From the NCBI RefSeq assembly GCF_000143415.4, contig NW_003314271.1, forward strand, positions 2,090,806-2,154,805: a stretch of DNA of 64,000 bases, read 5' to 3'. This DNA is from Selaginella moellendorffii (Eukaryota > Plantae > Lycopodiophyta). The notes beneath the pieces are model-generated. The model had not been told where the DNA came from, ran no database searches, and worked only from the letters and a program-made list of their open reading frames with translations. Below, piece by piece: positions 12,243 to 26,434 of the stretch. A program made the translations under genes and the position numbers. Numbering within the stretch: position 1 is the stretch's first letter; each line of letters opens with the position of its first letter.

Positions 12243-15200
12243 TGTTATGATCCGGCGCAAAAAGACAAAGATCTAGTTGCCCTCGACTATGCTACGCCAC
12301 CTCTTGAGGTTCCTCACCACCCAACCACCCCCGAGCTACCTCAAAAGCTCCACTGTGCCGCCGCTCCACTGTGAGCCCTAGGGTAGGTTAAGTCCCTTAC
12401 CCTAACATGCCTTAATATACCCTTGAGCCTCCCTTTGACCGACGTTGACCACGTAGTCAAAGCTGGCGCCTAACAATTCTTCCCCCCCAACAAAGTCCTT
12501 GTCCCAAGGACGAGTTGTACCTGTGATCACCTTTTTTGGGGAATCCTGCTCAAGCTCCTGGTCCACCTTCCACAGCCGTATACATCAAGGAGGCATTGGG
12601 CCCGTCACTCCGAGATAGTACACCTTTCAACTGGCTGACATAAAATACCGGATGAATTTTCACCCCAGCTGGCAGCCGCACCCGATAAGCCGCTTTACCA
12701 ATGCGCTCCAGCACTTCATATGGACCAGCATATCGATGGGAAAGTTTATCACTCTTCCCTGTCCGTAAAGGCACCAAGGTGTTCCGCCGCTCACTTGACG
12801 GAAAGATCACTCGCACAAAGACGAGATCACCCACCTTATATTCCCGGAATTGGCGATGCTCATTGGCAAACTTCTCCACTCTATCCTGAGCTGCTTGCAA
12901 ATTCCGTTTGCACACCACCAGAATCTCATCAAGTTCTGTGGCCAGATCAGTTGCCTCAGCATCAAGCTTATCTTGCACGTCCTTACTCAAATGCAATCCC
13001 AACTCCACCGCTGTTCGAGGATGCCTTCCAAACATGGCAAAGTAAGGACTTAGCTTGGTTCCACTGTGTTGGCTATTNNNNNNNNNNNNNNNNNNNNNNN
13101 NNNNNNNNNNNNNNNNNNNNNNNNNNNNNNNNNNNNNNNNNNNNNNNNNNNNNNNNNNNNNNNNNNNNNNNNNNNNNNNNNNNNNNNNNNNNNNNNNNNN
13201 NNNNNNNNNNNNNNNNNNNNNNNNNNNNNNNNNNNNNGCCTTTGCAAAGCTTTTCCAAAATCCACTAGTGAACTTTGAATCTCGATCACTAATGATGTCC
13301 TCCGGCAAACCAAAATCAGGAAAAACCTTCTCCAAGTAAACCGCAGCCAAGTCTGAGGCAGTGACAGTCTTCCGAAGAGCCAACAACCGCACATACTTCG
13401 TCAACCGATCCACTATGACCCATACTTGCTCCTTTTGCCTCTGTGTTCGTGGCAAACAAGTGATGAAGTCCATAGAAATACTACACCAACGGCTCTGAGG
13501 AATAGGTAAAGGTTGCAAAAGTCCCCCCGGCTTCTCCCGTGGCACCTTAACCCGCTGACAAAGCTCGCATGATTTACAATACTTGAGGATATCAGCCTTC
13601 ATATTCCTCCTTGCCTAGTGTTCAACTCCTTCGGTGTGAAAAGATACACAAGTGGTTTGTGATCTGTCAACACCACGAACACTGCACCATAAAGATAGTG
13701 CCTCCACGTCCGCAAAGCATGAACAATAGAGAGTAACTCTTGCTCATATGTGGAATAGCGTTGCTCCGCGGAATTCAAAGTTCGACTCTCATATGCAATA
13801 GGCTGTCCCTCTTGCATGAGAACTCCTCCCAGTGCATAACCACTCGCATCGCATGTCACCTCGTAAGGTTTCGATGGATCAGCAATGCGAAGCACTGGAG
13901 CCTCAATCAACAATCGTTTCAGCGCCACAAAACTCTCCTCTTGTGGCGTCTTCCACTCGAATGGCACATTCTTGCGTAACAACCGCGTCAACGGAATAGC
14001 CACCTCTGCAAACTTATGCTGGAAACGTCGGTAGTAACTAGCCATACCAAGAAAACTGCGCAACTCAGCCACTGTAGTCGGTGTAGGCCAGTTTTCCNNN
14101 NNNNNNNNNNNNNNNNNNNNNNNNNNNNNNNNNNNNNNNNNNNNNNNNNNNNNNNNNNNNNNNNNNNNNNNNNNNNNNNNNNNNNNNNNNNNNNNNNNNN
14201 NNNNNNNNNNNNNNNNNNNNNNNNNNNNNNNNNNNNNNNNCAAATGCACCCTATGCTCCTCCATATTCTTGCTAAAAACAAGAATATCGTCCAAGAAAAT
14301 CTCCACAAACTCATGAAGATAACGCCCAAATACCTCCGTCATCAACCGAGTAAATGTGGCTGGTGCATTTGTCAAACCAAACGGCATAACGGTAAACTCA
14401 AAATGTCCGAAGCTTGTGTTGAATGCCGTCTTGGAGATAGATGCATCATCCATTGCAATCTGATGATATCCACTCCTCAGATCAATCTTGGTAAACACTC
14501 GTGCTTCGCCAAGCTTGTCCAGGATATCATCCACACGTGGCATCGGCATCTTGTCCTTCACTGTCTTCTTGTTTAAAGCACGGTAGTCAATACACATCCG
14601 CATTGAACCGTCCTTCTTCTTCACAAGCAAGACCGGAGCACCAAACGGAGACTTACTTGGCTGAATAAATCCAAACTCAAGTAACTCTTTGACTTGTCAT
14701 TGAACTTCTTGCTCCTCCGCATAACTTAACCGAAATGGACGCCGGTAAATTGGCCGCGTCCCCGGCTCCAATGTAATCCCATGCTCCACACCTCGTAATG
14801 GAGGAAATCCATGAGGAAGTTCAGATGGAAAAACATCAGAAAACTCATCAAGTACATCCCGTACTGCTGCTTCTCCCCCACACGTGCCTTGGTCCCCCAA
14901 GTCACGAACAAACAGCAAGTAACTTGAAAGTGCTTTTCCATTACGACAAGCCCGCTTCAAAGATGTAGCAGAGAGCATAACAACTGGTGGTTGAACGCCC
15001 TCGCCAAACCACACATCTTTAACGCCACCATACTCCAGCGAGATACGCTTAATGCTCCACTTTATCTCTGGATCCACCTTCACCAACCATGGCATCCCAA
15101 GAATGAGATCCACACGATGGATATCCGCGAGATAAAAAGTCTCCACAAGTGTGGTTTTGCCAACCAACACTTCCAGCCCCTCGACACAAGCATCAAAATG

Positions 15201-16779
15201 CTGAGCAGAGGTAGCTGCACCTTCCACTGTGTATGGAAGAACTCCACGTGTGGTCAGGCGATGCTCCGCAACAAACTTTGCCGAAACAAAGTTGTCATCA
15301 CTCCCACTATCCAGTAAAATCCGCACTGGATTGCCACGGAACACGCCCTCCAGCATTAAAGCTGATTCACGCGTATCCTCAAGCTCCATTTTGTTCCACA
15401 CACAGTTGAGCTGACGAGCAACGATCGAAAGTCGCTTCCTCCGACCGGAATGGTCGTTCTCCTTCTCCTCACGCTGCAAAGTTTGCAACTTTTTAGTATC
15501 GGACTTACCGTGAGAAGAAGATTGGCCATTCTTCTTGTCCTGCTGCTTGTTCTTCAACTGCGGACAATCAGCCTTGTAGTGTCCAAGTTCGCCGCAATGA
15601 TGACAACCCTGTTTATAATTCTTCACAAAGAACTTCTGCTTCTTGGACCCCTTTGCATCCGAGGTAGTCACCACCGACTTCAACTTGTGATGCTTGTTCC
15701 CATCCTTGTGTCCACAGCGATCATCACGACGATTCTCGACAGAAGGACTCCGCGAACGCTTGCGAGACTTGTGCTTGTCATTATCAAGTCGACGAGCCGC
15801 ATCAAAGAGCTCCTCCAAACTCTTNNNNNNNNNNNNNNNNNNNNNNNNNNNNNNNNNNNNNNNNNNNNNNNNNNNNNNNNNNNNNNNNNNNNNNNNNNNN
15901 NNNNNNNNNNNNNNNNNNNNNNNNNNNNNNNNNNNNNNNNNNNNNNNNNNNNNNNNNNNNNNNNNNNNNNNNNNNNNNNNNNAATGGCGAAGTTCTGTAC
16001 GAGCATTCTCCACGTCGTAATGAGGGGCAAAACGTAAACGGAAAGCAGCCTCAAACTCATCCATGGTAGACACTGGTGGCTTCTTATCCGCAACACGGGA
16101 CTCCTCAAGCCAATTCCACCATCGAAGACCCGCATCACGCAAAACCATCGGAATAACCACTAAAGCCTCTGCATCTGGAGTTCCTCTAGCAGCCAAGAAC
16201 TTCTTCACATTGGCTAGCCAAGCGAGACACTCGTCCACACCACCATCACCGGAAAAGGTTGGAATCTTGAGTCGATCTACCAAAGAAGGCTTACTTGGAG
16301 TGCTACCCCGTCCAGCCTCGAGTGCCTCAACACGCCCACGCATGGTATCCATCATGCCATGCATCTCGTCTTGCATCTCTTGCTGATTTTTATTAAGGGC
16401 TCGCAGCTCATGAACCACATCTTGAATGGTCCAAATCTCCGCAGCTTCGTCGGCACCATCGTCGGCACCACCGTCGGCACCACCATCGATGATAGGATTC
16501 CAGCGTTCAGCTTGGTCGGCCATCGCAACCAATCCTCTGATACCAATGTTATGATCCAGCGCAAAAAGACAAAGATCTAGTTGCCCTCGACTATGCTACG
16601 CCACCTCTTGAGGTTCCTCACCACCCAACCACCCCCGAGCTACCTCAAAAGCTCCACTGTGCCGCCGCTCCACTGTGAGCCCTAGGGTAGGTTAAGTCCC
16701 TTACCCTAACATGCCTTAATATACCCTTGAGCCTCCCTTTGACCGACATTGACCACGTAGTCAAAGCTGGCGCCTAACA
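12243..16779 (-). mobile_element. Young Ty3/gypsy LTR retrotransposon nested in the outer LTR
   Basis: 233-bp LTRs 12243-12475 and 16547-16779 with about 2 differences; perfect TSD TCGGA; PBS TGGTATCAGAG; PPT. Confidence 0.95.
12550..16532 (-). pseudogene. gag-pol polyprotein (gag, Zn knuckle, protease, RT, RNase H, integrase), disrupted and gapped
   Basis: CHHCGELGHYKADC; LLDSGS; [15 protein letters not shown]; VTCDAS; ISMDFI, SDRD, GPY. Stop at 14697-14699, deletion between RNase H and integrase, three N-gaps. Confidence 0.9.
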
Positions 16780-19700
16780 TCGGACACATCCACGTGTCAT
16801 GTGTTGGTCCTTTCGGGTCCCTTTTTAGAGCCTCGCTTATGGCTCGCTTCGTGTTCATTCTTCGAGCACTTTGTTGGGAGTTCCACTCCCGCTCTCGACC
16901 TTTCAAGTCGGAGCTTTTAGTCCAAACGTGTTACGCTCGTTTGGCTTTCGCTTCGGCCACTACCATGTGGCGCCCTTCCAGCTCCACTTTGGGGCCTAGG
17001 GATTCTGTGTCTCACAACTCCACCACCCATAGACGAAGTTCGATGTCCTCATCGAACGGTAAACCATTTTATAAAGTAACACCCGCATGTGTTACCATTT
17101 CCATCCTTGGCACCTAGCCAATTTGTCAATGGTTTGACATTGAAGGCTCACCATGCCTTCTCCATATTTGTTAATGGTTTGACATTGAAGGCTCACCATG
17201 CATTTTGCATATTCCTCAATGGTTTGACACCAAAGGCTCACCATGCCTTGCCTATCTTCTAAGGAGGGTAGTCTCTTCAACTTAGAGACTGATTGGACCA
17301 CATGTAGTGGTTCTCTCTTTCTTTTGGTTTAGTTCTCGCTAAACCTCTTAGAGACCCTTCTCTAAGTCAATCCCACTACTCCTTCTCGAGTAGTCTCAAT
17401 TTCCATCTATTAAACGTTTGCACCTTGGAACTTTTACTCTTTTGACTTTTGGAAGTCAATTTCCTAGGTGTCTCCAACACCTTGCATTGCACAGATTGTG
17501 CAACTCCACTTCCCCATCCTAGGAAGTTCATTACTTGAGGGCACTATCATCCTCTCTTCTATTTCGTGCCACCTTGGGCACTAAGTTCCATTTATCATAC
17601 TTTGTGCTAGGGCTGTCCATGGCCCTATCATTTGGCTACTTTACAGCTCCCTCCCTTGGAGCTTCCACTTTCGCCAAATCAGAGCAATTCGGAATCCATC
17701 CTTGGAAACACACTTCCTTTCCCGCAATTTGTTAGCGTCCAACACATTAGTGTTCCTCGCCTAACTTTGTCACTTGGATTCCTTCTAAGGGATTCCACGG
17801 CCCTATCTTGGCCACTCATCTTTTGCTCCTATCCGTTGATTATTGCACCAAGCAACATCAAATCTCTACCTCCCTCCTTGAGGTATTCTTTTGATTCCAT
17901 AGCAAAGGCTCGGCTTTGCCAAGACTAGGGTGTTCACCCCTAGTAAGTCTTTTTAGCATCTTCTACTGTGGGCTTTATCCACGGCCCAACTTTGTGACCC
18001 TCCCATAGGTCTCTTTAGAAACTACTTTCCTTGGACACACTATGCCATCGCAATGACAAAGCTCATTTCCCTAAGGTGCTTTTCCCACTTGGTCACCTTG
18101 ACCAAGCCACACGATCATCAATAGTTCAAATCAACACTTTGAACTAGGAACCTTATTCCTTAACCCAAACAAGGACCTTGTCCTTATTTAGCCACAAGAT
18201 CACCTAATGATCTCACCTCGGCACCTTAACAGGTTTGCCAATAGGTACTAGGTCTTCCAGACCTTTAACTTGTTAACTACGACCCCGGGGGCATCCCCCA
18301 CACTTGGCGGTGCGCCCAAGCCAACCCTTCCGGCCAAGGGTCCATAGCAACTGAGACTGGGTGTCCCCGTCTCATTCACCACGTCCTTGGTGCCACTGGC
18401 ACCAAAGTGTTCAAGTTAGATATGCTGAGCCACACTAAGCAATCTAACCGTGCATCATGACTCTGGGGCATCCCCCGCTTGGCGGTGTGCCCAAGCCAAT
18501 ATCCTCATTGAGAGTCCATGACCACCGAAATATGAGTGTCCTCATATTCCAAACCATCACCACGCCCTAGTGATTTGGGACTCGAACCCAAGCACTAGAG
18601 GGTCGGGACTCGAACCCAACCTCCGTATATGCATCTACGGACAGCATCACCCAGGATGCCTGGCGTGACTCCCCACGCCGGTGCACCAACTTATACTCAA
18701 AGCGCGCTATACATCACAGCTTAGGAACCTAGTTCCTCCCCACTGCCAAGTCCTCTCACTTGACAAGCTTGTGATCATGCATGGACTCCTCCATGCTTGG
18801 CCCCATGGCCCACCCTTTTTGAAGTTATCACCTTCAACTAGGGTATTTGTTCCCCTGACTTGCCAATCTTGCTTTGGCAAGTCCTCCGACCACTGTAACA
18901 TGGTTCCTGCACAAGCGTGAAAGCCCTTGATCATCGACTTTTGTTCAAAGTCTTCTCTTTGAACACTCGGGAACTACTTCCCTAACCTTGATAGCCTTGC
19001 CTCATGGCAAGCTTCAAGACCACGCTTCTGCTGCGCCACTTTGATTTCATGCGTTCCTCGAACCATTTACGCTTGGCCTTTCGAGGTACTAAGCTACCTA
19101 GAATCCTCTTTGGGAACCTTGAAGGGACTTTATCCCTTAGCTTGCTAAGGCCCCCCTTTTTGCAAGCTTTCCAATTACCATATAGTCTAACATGGACAAT
19201 TCCATATTTTAGACTCTCCATGGCATCACAGTTGCTAGCGGCAACACCCTCGAGTGCCCACTTGATTCTCCACTCCCAGCTGGCATAACCAACCTTGGTT
19301 ATGCCCTTCGATTCCTATGGTTCGGTTCTATCCCCTTACTTCTTGCTTTTGGCTTCACACCTTTCCTTCGGTCATTCTCCTCCAGACCAGGAGGATAGCT
19401 TTGCACTTTCTATCATGCCTTAGCAAGTATTCTTAGGGATGAACCTACCCGATAGCCTAGGGAGTGGTTCCTCAATCCAAGTATGCTCACCCTATAATCC
19501 CACACACCGGGATTACGTTGTTGCTTACAGGCCTTTGCATGCCCATCGCTAGCCCTGCCAAAATTCCATTTTTGGCTTTGTCCAATTCGAGTAGACAGTC
19601 TTCTCCTGTCTCCGCCACCTTGGACATTTAGATAACACCTACTATCCATCATTTGCTAGGGACTTAGTCCCTTAGGCCTTATTTACTGCCCTCACGACAT

Positions 19701-22229
19701 CAAACACCACCTCCTGGTGTTCTAGAGTGTTCGGGTGTCCCAATGACGGCTTCCTTGACAATGAGTATTTCCTTTTATGACATTGACTTACTATATCACA
19801 ACATAAGCAACTTATCCCCCGTAAGGGTATATCCAACTTCCTTATGCCATTAAGAAGGCTTGGGTAGCTACTTTCTACCTGTTTAACCAATTATTTTGCA
19901 CCTCTTGCTTAGTTGCCTCGTAGTTGTCCAATCCTACAACTCATTGCTGGTGCTTCCACACCTCCATCATTATCTGGGTCACCACACTCCAACTGCATGC
20001 TTTGCAACTTAGGCTATGCCATTCCCATTTCTATTGGGATTCCTTTGGCAAGGGGTTCTCATGAACCCACCAACATAGCCTCAAGGTATCACACCTTGGC
20101 ACATTTGGTGTCTCCACACCATCGGTTCCACGAGCCTACCTCTATGACACGTCTTTTTTGTGTCTAAGTCTTTGCCAATACCAATACCACTCTTTCTCAT
20201 GCCAACCATCCGTTAGCACTGCATCATAGAGGTCACACACAACTTTGTGTCAAAGTTGTTTTCTTTTTGGGAACACCTTTCCCACAACTTTAGCATGGCA
20301 CATTTTGCCATCGATGAGATACCCTCTGTTCTCATCCTTGGATCTTATGATCCCCCCCCATCCTTTGTGGGGTACAACACACCTCAGTCCAAATGCTTCC
20401 ATCAGTCCTTTTAGGACCATCCCTTGACTCTACTTGAGTCATCCAACAGTTTTGGACTTGGTTAATCCACAGACCCGTAAGGTCCTACTTGTGAGGCACT
20501 AGCTCACTGGAATACACTTCTTGCATTCTTGTCCTACTCAAAAGGACTATTTTCACAAGTGTTACTCTGACACTTGATTTTGTTCTCTGGGGCAACCTTT
20601 GCCCCTTAAGACTACTTGTCCATGTGATCAGAATACCAACTCATCTCTAAGTACACCCCCCAACTCCTTGGGTTGTTCCAACATTTATTAAAGGTAGCCC
20701 CGGCTACCATTTCAAGGACTTGAGTCCTCTTCCGTATTTGACCTCCCACGGTCATTACCTCTGGTCTCACATTCATGAGCACCAACCTCAACTATATGAG
20801 GATAATCTTGTGACTACTTTATTGTTTTGGAGTTTACATCTTTCCCGTGATCCCAACTATAGTTGTTTATCACAACTACGTTAGCCCGTTTGCTGTGTTA
20901 ACGCTCATTTGGATCACATCCTCAGCTCTCTGAGGAGACCTTATGCTGTTCCCAAGATCCCAAAGTCGTTCCATTATTGGCCCTTTTCTATCCACCACAT
21001 TGTGCCCAAGTTCACGCATGAACTTGAGTGGAGAGCCATGTCCTCTCGACATGCTACTCCTCAAGGATAGGCCCACTCCTAGGACCTTCCAATGCTAACA
21101 TCAATGGTGATATACTTGAGCACCAATAAAAGTCGGACTAAGGAACAGCTCCGATACCAAGTTGTAAGCGACTAAATTTTCCATTCTACTTTAGTCACTT
21201 AACCACACCTCCGACCACTTGGAGGAGTCTCATTCACAACCTCCATAAGTCCAATTCAGGACTTGGGACTTACTAGCCCCGAGAATGGCATCCATGCCAC
21301 TCAACATTTGCACTTGGTCCAAGTGCTCCACATGTCCGATCCCATGACCGACACTCAAAGGTACCACCGATATGGCAGCTTGTTACGCTAAGGCCATGCC
21401 CAATCACCTTTGCCACACTGGTAGTCCAATACCACTTGCATCACAGTCTTGGCTCTCCAAGACTAGGCAAACCATCCATGAGTGGTCATCTCAGATCCAC
21501 TCCTTAGCATCCTTAGGATGCCCACTGACAAGGGGAATGGCCTTCCCCAATATCCCTCTGTCAGTCCCCACTAAGTCCCTCTCTGCCCTTGGCCGTGTTT
21601 GCCAACACTGCCACTGGATCGAGGCCTACAGACCTGACCACTAAGTCCCACGGTCCTCTTCTTTTCCACAGTCTGGGCCTTTGGGACAACATTTCGGAAC
21701 ACCGTGGCCTTACGCGAGCCACCTGGGTACTCTCCCCACCTTCCGCCCTTGGGTGCTCTAGCCATGGGCTTAGAGCAAGGTTCCGTTGAGCCACACCAGG
21801 TATCCAAGTAGGTAGTGCCACCCACACTTGGACTGGGAGCATCGGCAAGTCGATCTCCCGGGGGAACTAGAGCCGGCTCTTGAACACTTCACCAAGTTAC
21901 CCAGCTTGTCGGTCCGTGTTCACTCTAGTCTTGGACTTCCCAGTGGTCAGCTCATCACCCAACACTGGGTCTGGCCTGCCTGGGCCAAACTGCCCTGTCC
22001 TGGCCAAACTGGTTCCACTGGGCTCCAACCCCCACACTCTCCCTACTATACTTTTGGAACCCCCCGCAGCCCCCCCCCCCCCCCCCCCNNNNNNNNNNNN
22101 NNNNNNNNNNNNNNNNNNNNNNNNNNNNNNNNNNNNNNNNNNNNNNNNNNNNNNNNNNNNNNNNNNNNNNNNNNNNNNNNNNNNNNNNGGGGACGATCGC
22201 TTTGGGCGGTCACCCGACTGCCTGTATTA

Positions 22230-22780
22230 GTATTCGGACTTGGAATCGGACTCGGACTCGGTCTCGGTCCCAGATTCGGACTCGGACTCGGTCTCGGTCT
22301 CGGTCTCGGCCTCGGTCTCGGTCCCGGTCTCGGTTCCATCTCGGACTCCACCTCGGGTCCATCTCGGACTCCACCTCAGGTCCATCTCGGACTCCATCTC
22401 GGGTCCATCTCGGACTCCATCTCGGGTCCATCTCAGACTCCATCTCGGACTCCATCTGGGGTCCATCTCGGACTCCATCTCGGACTCCATCTCGGGTCCA
22501 TCTCGGACTCCATCTCGGGTCCATCTCGGACTCCATCTCGGACTCCATCTCGGGTCCATCTCGGACTCCATCTCGGGTCCATCTCGGACTCCATCTCAGA
22601 CTCCATATCGGACTCCACCTCAAACTCCATATCGGCCTCCATCTCGGACTCCATCTCGGACTCCATATCGGACTCCATTTCGGACTTCACTTCGACTCCA
22701 TCTCGGACTCCATATCGGACTCCACTTTGGGTCCATCTCGGACTCCATCTCAGGTCCGCCTTGGACTCCATCTCGGACGC
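22230..22780. repeat. 11/12-bp minisatellite in the second LTR, longer than in the first LTR
   Basis: Same units as 11820-12242. Confidence 0.9.
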
Positions 22781-23014
22781 TTCCACGTGTCATGTGTTGG
22801 TCCTTTCGGGTCCCTTTTTAGAGCCTTGCTTATGGCTCGCTTCGTGCTCATTCTTCGAGCACTTTGTTGGGAGTTCCACTCCCGCTCTCGACCTTTCAAG
22901 TCGGAGCTTTTAGTCCAAACGTGTTACGCTCGTTTGGCTTTCGCTTTGGCCACTACCACGTGGCGCCCTTCCAGCTCCACTTTGGGGCCTAGGGATTCTG
23001 TGTCTCACACATTT

Positions 23015-23530
23015 ATGGTGCATGGTATATGGTACAACTCTTCGTGCTCTTGCTGCCAATCCTCACATTCAGTTGAAGTTCTTTTCTGGGAATCCTGGGG
23101 ATAATATGTACTATTGGTTTGATCACTTTATTATGATTGCCATATATCATTCTTGGGATGATGCTTGGCATTTACATGAGCTTCCCACATGTCTCCAAGG
23201 GATGGCACTGCAATGGTGCAATGGTTTGAGCGCAACCACTTGTAAGTATCCAGACGTCGTCAAATGTGCATTTGGATATCTCAACAATTGTGGTGATGCC
23301 TTTCAACAATTGCATTGTCTTTGTCAAGGGCATCTAAGTCCATGATACAATTTGGTATTTGTTTCTAAAGCCTCTTACATCATGCAGAGTTAAATATATC
23401 GGAGCAGATCAAGTTGGAAATGTTGTGGCTAGTACTTCGTCAAAATTTTATAAGCCTTATGCATGCACTTGCTCTAGCCACCCTTAACGATACTCTTTGT
23501 CTAGCACAACATTAGCCCCAAGAATGCCCT
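23015..23530 (+). pseudogene. Degenerate retrotransposon gag fragment
   Basis: KFFSGNPGDNMYYWFDHF...WDD...LQGMALQW resembles retrotransposon gag; stops follow. Confidence 0.5.
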
Positions 23531-23539
23531 TAAATTGTG

Positions 23540-24834
23540 TACATTCGATAGTCGTTCCCATTTCTAGATCGCTTGGACCTTCTCAGTGTCCACCTTGAGC
23601 CCGTCTTTGCTCACCACATGCCCGAGAGACTTTACCTTTTGTTGAGCAAAGTCACATTTACTCTCTTTAGCATACAAATTATATTCTCTTAATTTCTCAA
23701 ACACCTTTGTCAAATGTTTCCATGCTCCTTTAGTGTCTTGCTATAGCTCAGGATGTCGTTAATATAAATGACCACCAAGTGATCTAAATAGGGTACAAAA
23801 ATGTGGTTCATTAGCACCGAGTACGTTGCTAACACATTGCACAGCCCAAAAGGCATCACTATAAACTCAAAGCTTTCATACCTTGTCTGAAAGGTTGTTT
23901 TCTCGACATCTCCCTTTGCTACCCTAATCTAGTAGTATCTTGAACTTAGATCAAGCCTTGAAAAAATTTTTGCCTTTCCCAACTTTGAATAGGTCCTCAA
24001 ACCTTGGTAAAAGGTACTTATTCTTTTTTATATACTTGTTGAGCAACCGGTAGTCTATGCCATGCGCATAGAGCTATCTTTCTTTTTCATAAATAACATC
24101 GGTGCTTTATATAGTGATGTGCTCAACTTAACATACCCTTTATCCACTAACTCCTGCTTAAGCTCTTCGAGTTCCTTTTTGTTCAATTGATACGAGGGAT
24201 GAATTACCACTTTAGCACCCTTGATCAGCTCGATCTTATATTCTATTGGTTATGCGGGGGGTAACCCCATTGGTAACTCTTTCAGCATGGTCTCTCAAAA
24301 TTGGTCTAACACTCGCTAAATCATTAAAGGTATTTCTTCTATTTCTGTCTTTTTGTTACTCCCCATTAAAAGTAAGCACAAAAATATTGCCTTGGTTCCT
24401 TTAGTGAGTTGTCCTTTTGTGGACATCAAGTTCAAGTAGAAGTCTTTGGCCTTACATTGCCCTACCTTTAGATTTTGGGCCTCCACCCTGAATCATTCTC
24501 CTTAGGCATTTGCTAGTACCACCAAGTTCTTACTTTGTCCATGCAAAGGTACCATAAACTGATTGAACCAATCCATCCTAGAGATTACATCAAATCCCGT
24601 CATGTCCAACATGGTGAAATCCATATCTACTTTCTATATCCTTACTTAGACTCTTGTTGAAGTACCTCATCGGTGTTTTAGCTACCTTGAACAAACTCTA
24701 TATTCCTTGGTTCACCTAGCACTACACCGGTAGTCCAACTTGCCGAACTATGTTTGCAACCATAAAATTATCCAAAGCACTATGTCAATAAGGATCTTAA
24801 TAAAGTTACCTTTAAGCTTCCCTTAAAGGGCTAG
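23540..24834 (-). pseudogene. Degenerate Ty3/gypsy protease-RT (left part of an element split by the DNA transposon)
   Basis: Minus-strand remnants FSRLDLSS, VMPFGLCN, VIYINDI, GKLKGNFIKILID. Confidence 0.7.
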
Positions 24835-26434
24835 AAGCTCTATTTCGTTAAAGTGGGATTTATTCAGTAAAATGGGACTAGGTACAAATTTTCAAGTATT
24901 TGAAAATGACATGAAATTATATGTTTTTTGTCCAGGGGCTAGACATATCTGGGGCATGGTGACTAGCGCGGTGACTTTGTGTCCAGACTGAGTCCATCTG
25001 GTTGTATAATAAATCTCATTGTCAAGGTGAACAAGCCGAATCTGAAGCTAAAGAAGAGCGATGGCATGCGCACACACACTATTTATTTGTTCATTGAGCG
25101 TGTGGTGAGCTTTCCAAGATGAACGTCATTCCTATTAGCCAGACATATAACTTAATGGTGAGAACATTTAGATATTATTCAATGTTATCTTTTTCTAACG
25201 AATCTAATTGTGAAGGTGTAGCAAGAGGCATTGCTAGTCTGGAGAAGTCATTTAACTCATTTGACCCTTAGTGTATTTTCATGAAACTAAATAACATTCA
25301 TATTATTAAGGAATTTCTCTAGTACCTTTTTTTTACGACATAGAGGCTTGCATTTCTTTCAAAGGTGATTTAGTAAAAGGCCCAAGGGCACATGCCATTC
25401 TATTTCTCAGACCGGTATTAAGATATATTAGTGCAAAGGGAAAAAGGTATTTGGTGATCAAGTAAATGGCATGAGGGCACACGCCATTATAAGCCTAAGC
25501 GCTAGTGGACACTTCCTTTTTGGTACTCTCAGCGGTACTATCATCCTTCTCCGGGTCAGTTGTTTTGCTTTGGATTGTTGTCTCTGACGTTACTGGGGCG
25601 TTCTCGATAGTTGTTAATATTGCCGTTTGTTCAGAAAAATGATCACCTGGAGTATAGTACAGGGAGTTTAGAAGACTTATATATTCTACATCTTCACCTA
25701 TCTCCTTCTCCATCTCCTTTTCTGCCTCACTTACAGATTTTGTGCTTGCCATGAGAACGCTCTTCACCCTAAAATATGGAGTTCGTTGTGTTATAAAAGG
25801 AAACCAACACACACGCTGCAAGGGAATGATGGTACATAAAGCACATAAGCCCACAATATAGGTTTATGTGCCATTAATATGGGCCACACGCCATATTATT
25901 AGATTTATGCACGTGTGATTGGTAAATGCATATGTCACATCATCTTTGTTTTACCTCACACACTATATCAGGCCTAATGAACCATATCACATGTGCGCAC
26001 ATGCTATATATATGGAGAAGTATTATGCAAGGATAGAAAAATTCAATGCATGATTGTGGAGAGCAATGGCATGAAGCCACATGCTAAATAACATTTTAGT
26101 ACTGAGTGGACCAAGACTTAGAAGTGCACAATTGAATGAGGTATTTCTAATAAATATTTCACTCACCTCATATAGGAATGGCTACCACTCTCAAATGGCG
26201 TATCGCCTCATGCCATCACCTCGCAATTTGTTATAACAATCCGATGAATTCATATTTGGCTTGTTCACCTTGAACTTTAAGTAAGATTTGCTAGAACAAC
26301 TAAGAATTTATACTTGTTATTTGTATCATCTCACCTAGGAATGGCGTAAGGCCACATGCCATCACGCCTCCTCTGATTCAGATTCGGATTGTTCACCTTG
26401 AAATAAAATACATTAGAAACTTAGTAAAGGAATA

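Larger units (their letters stand above)
10848..23009 (-). mobile_element. Non-autonomous (LARD-like) LTR retroelement with ~1.7-1.8 kb LTRs: 10848-17016 (interrupted by a nested gypsy) and 21163-23009
   Basis: Highly similar LTRs TGTAAGCG...TCTCACA; PBS reverse complement GCTCCGATACCA at 21148-21159; PPT reverse complement after 17016; TSD TATTT/CATTT; no long ORF in the 4.1-kb interior. Confidence 0.85.

Noticed and set aside
11728-12374. MESEM/SISD-type ORFs (also 22046-23104 and 39923-40157)
   Set aside because: Translations of the LTR minisatellite
13078-22188. N-runs of 100-180 bp
   Set aside because: Assembly gaps or masking, not biology
25495-25854. Small acidic ORF in the left arm of element B
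   Set aside because: No recognisable motif or clear start; cannot support as a gene
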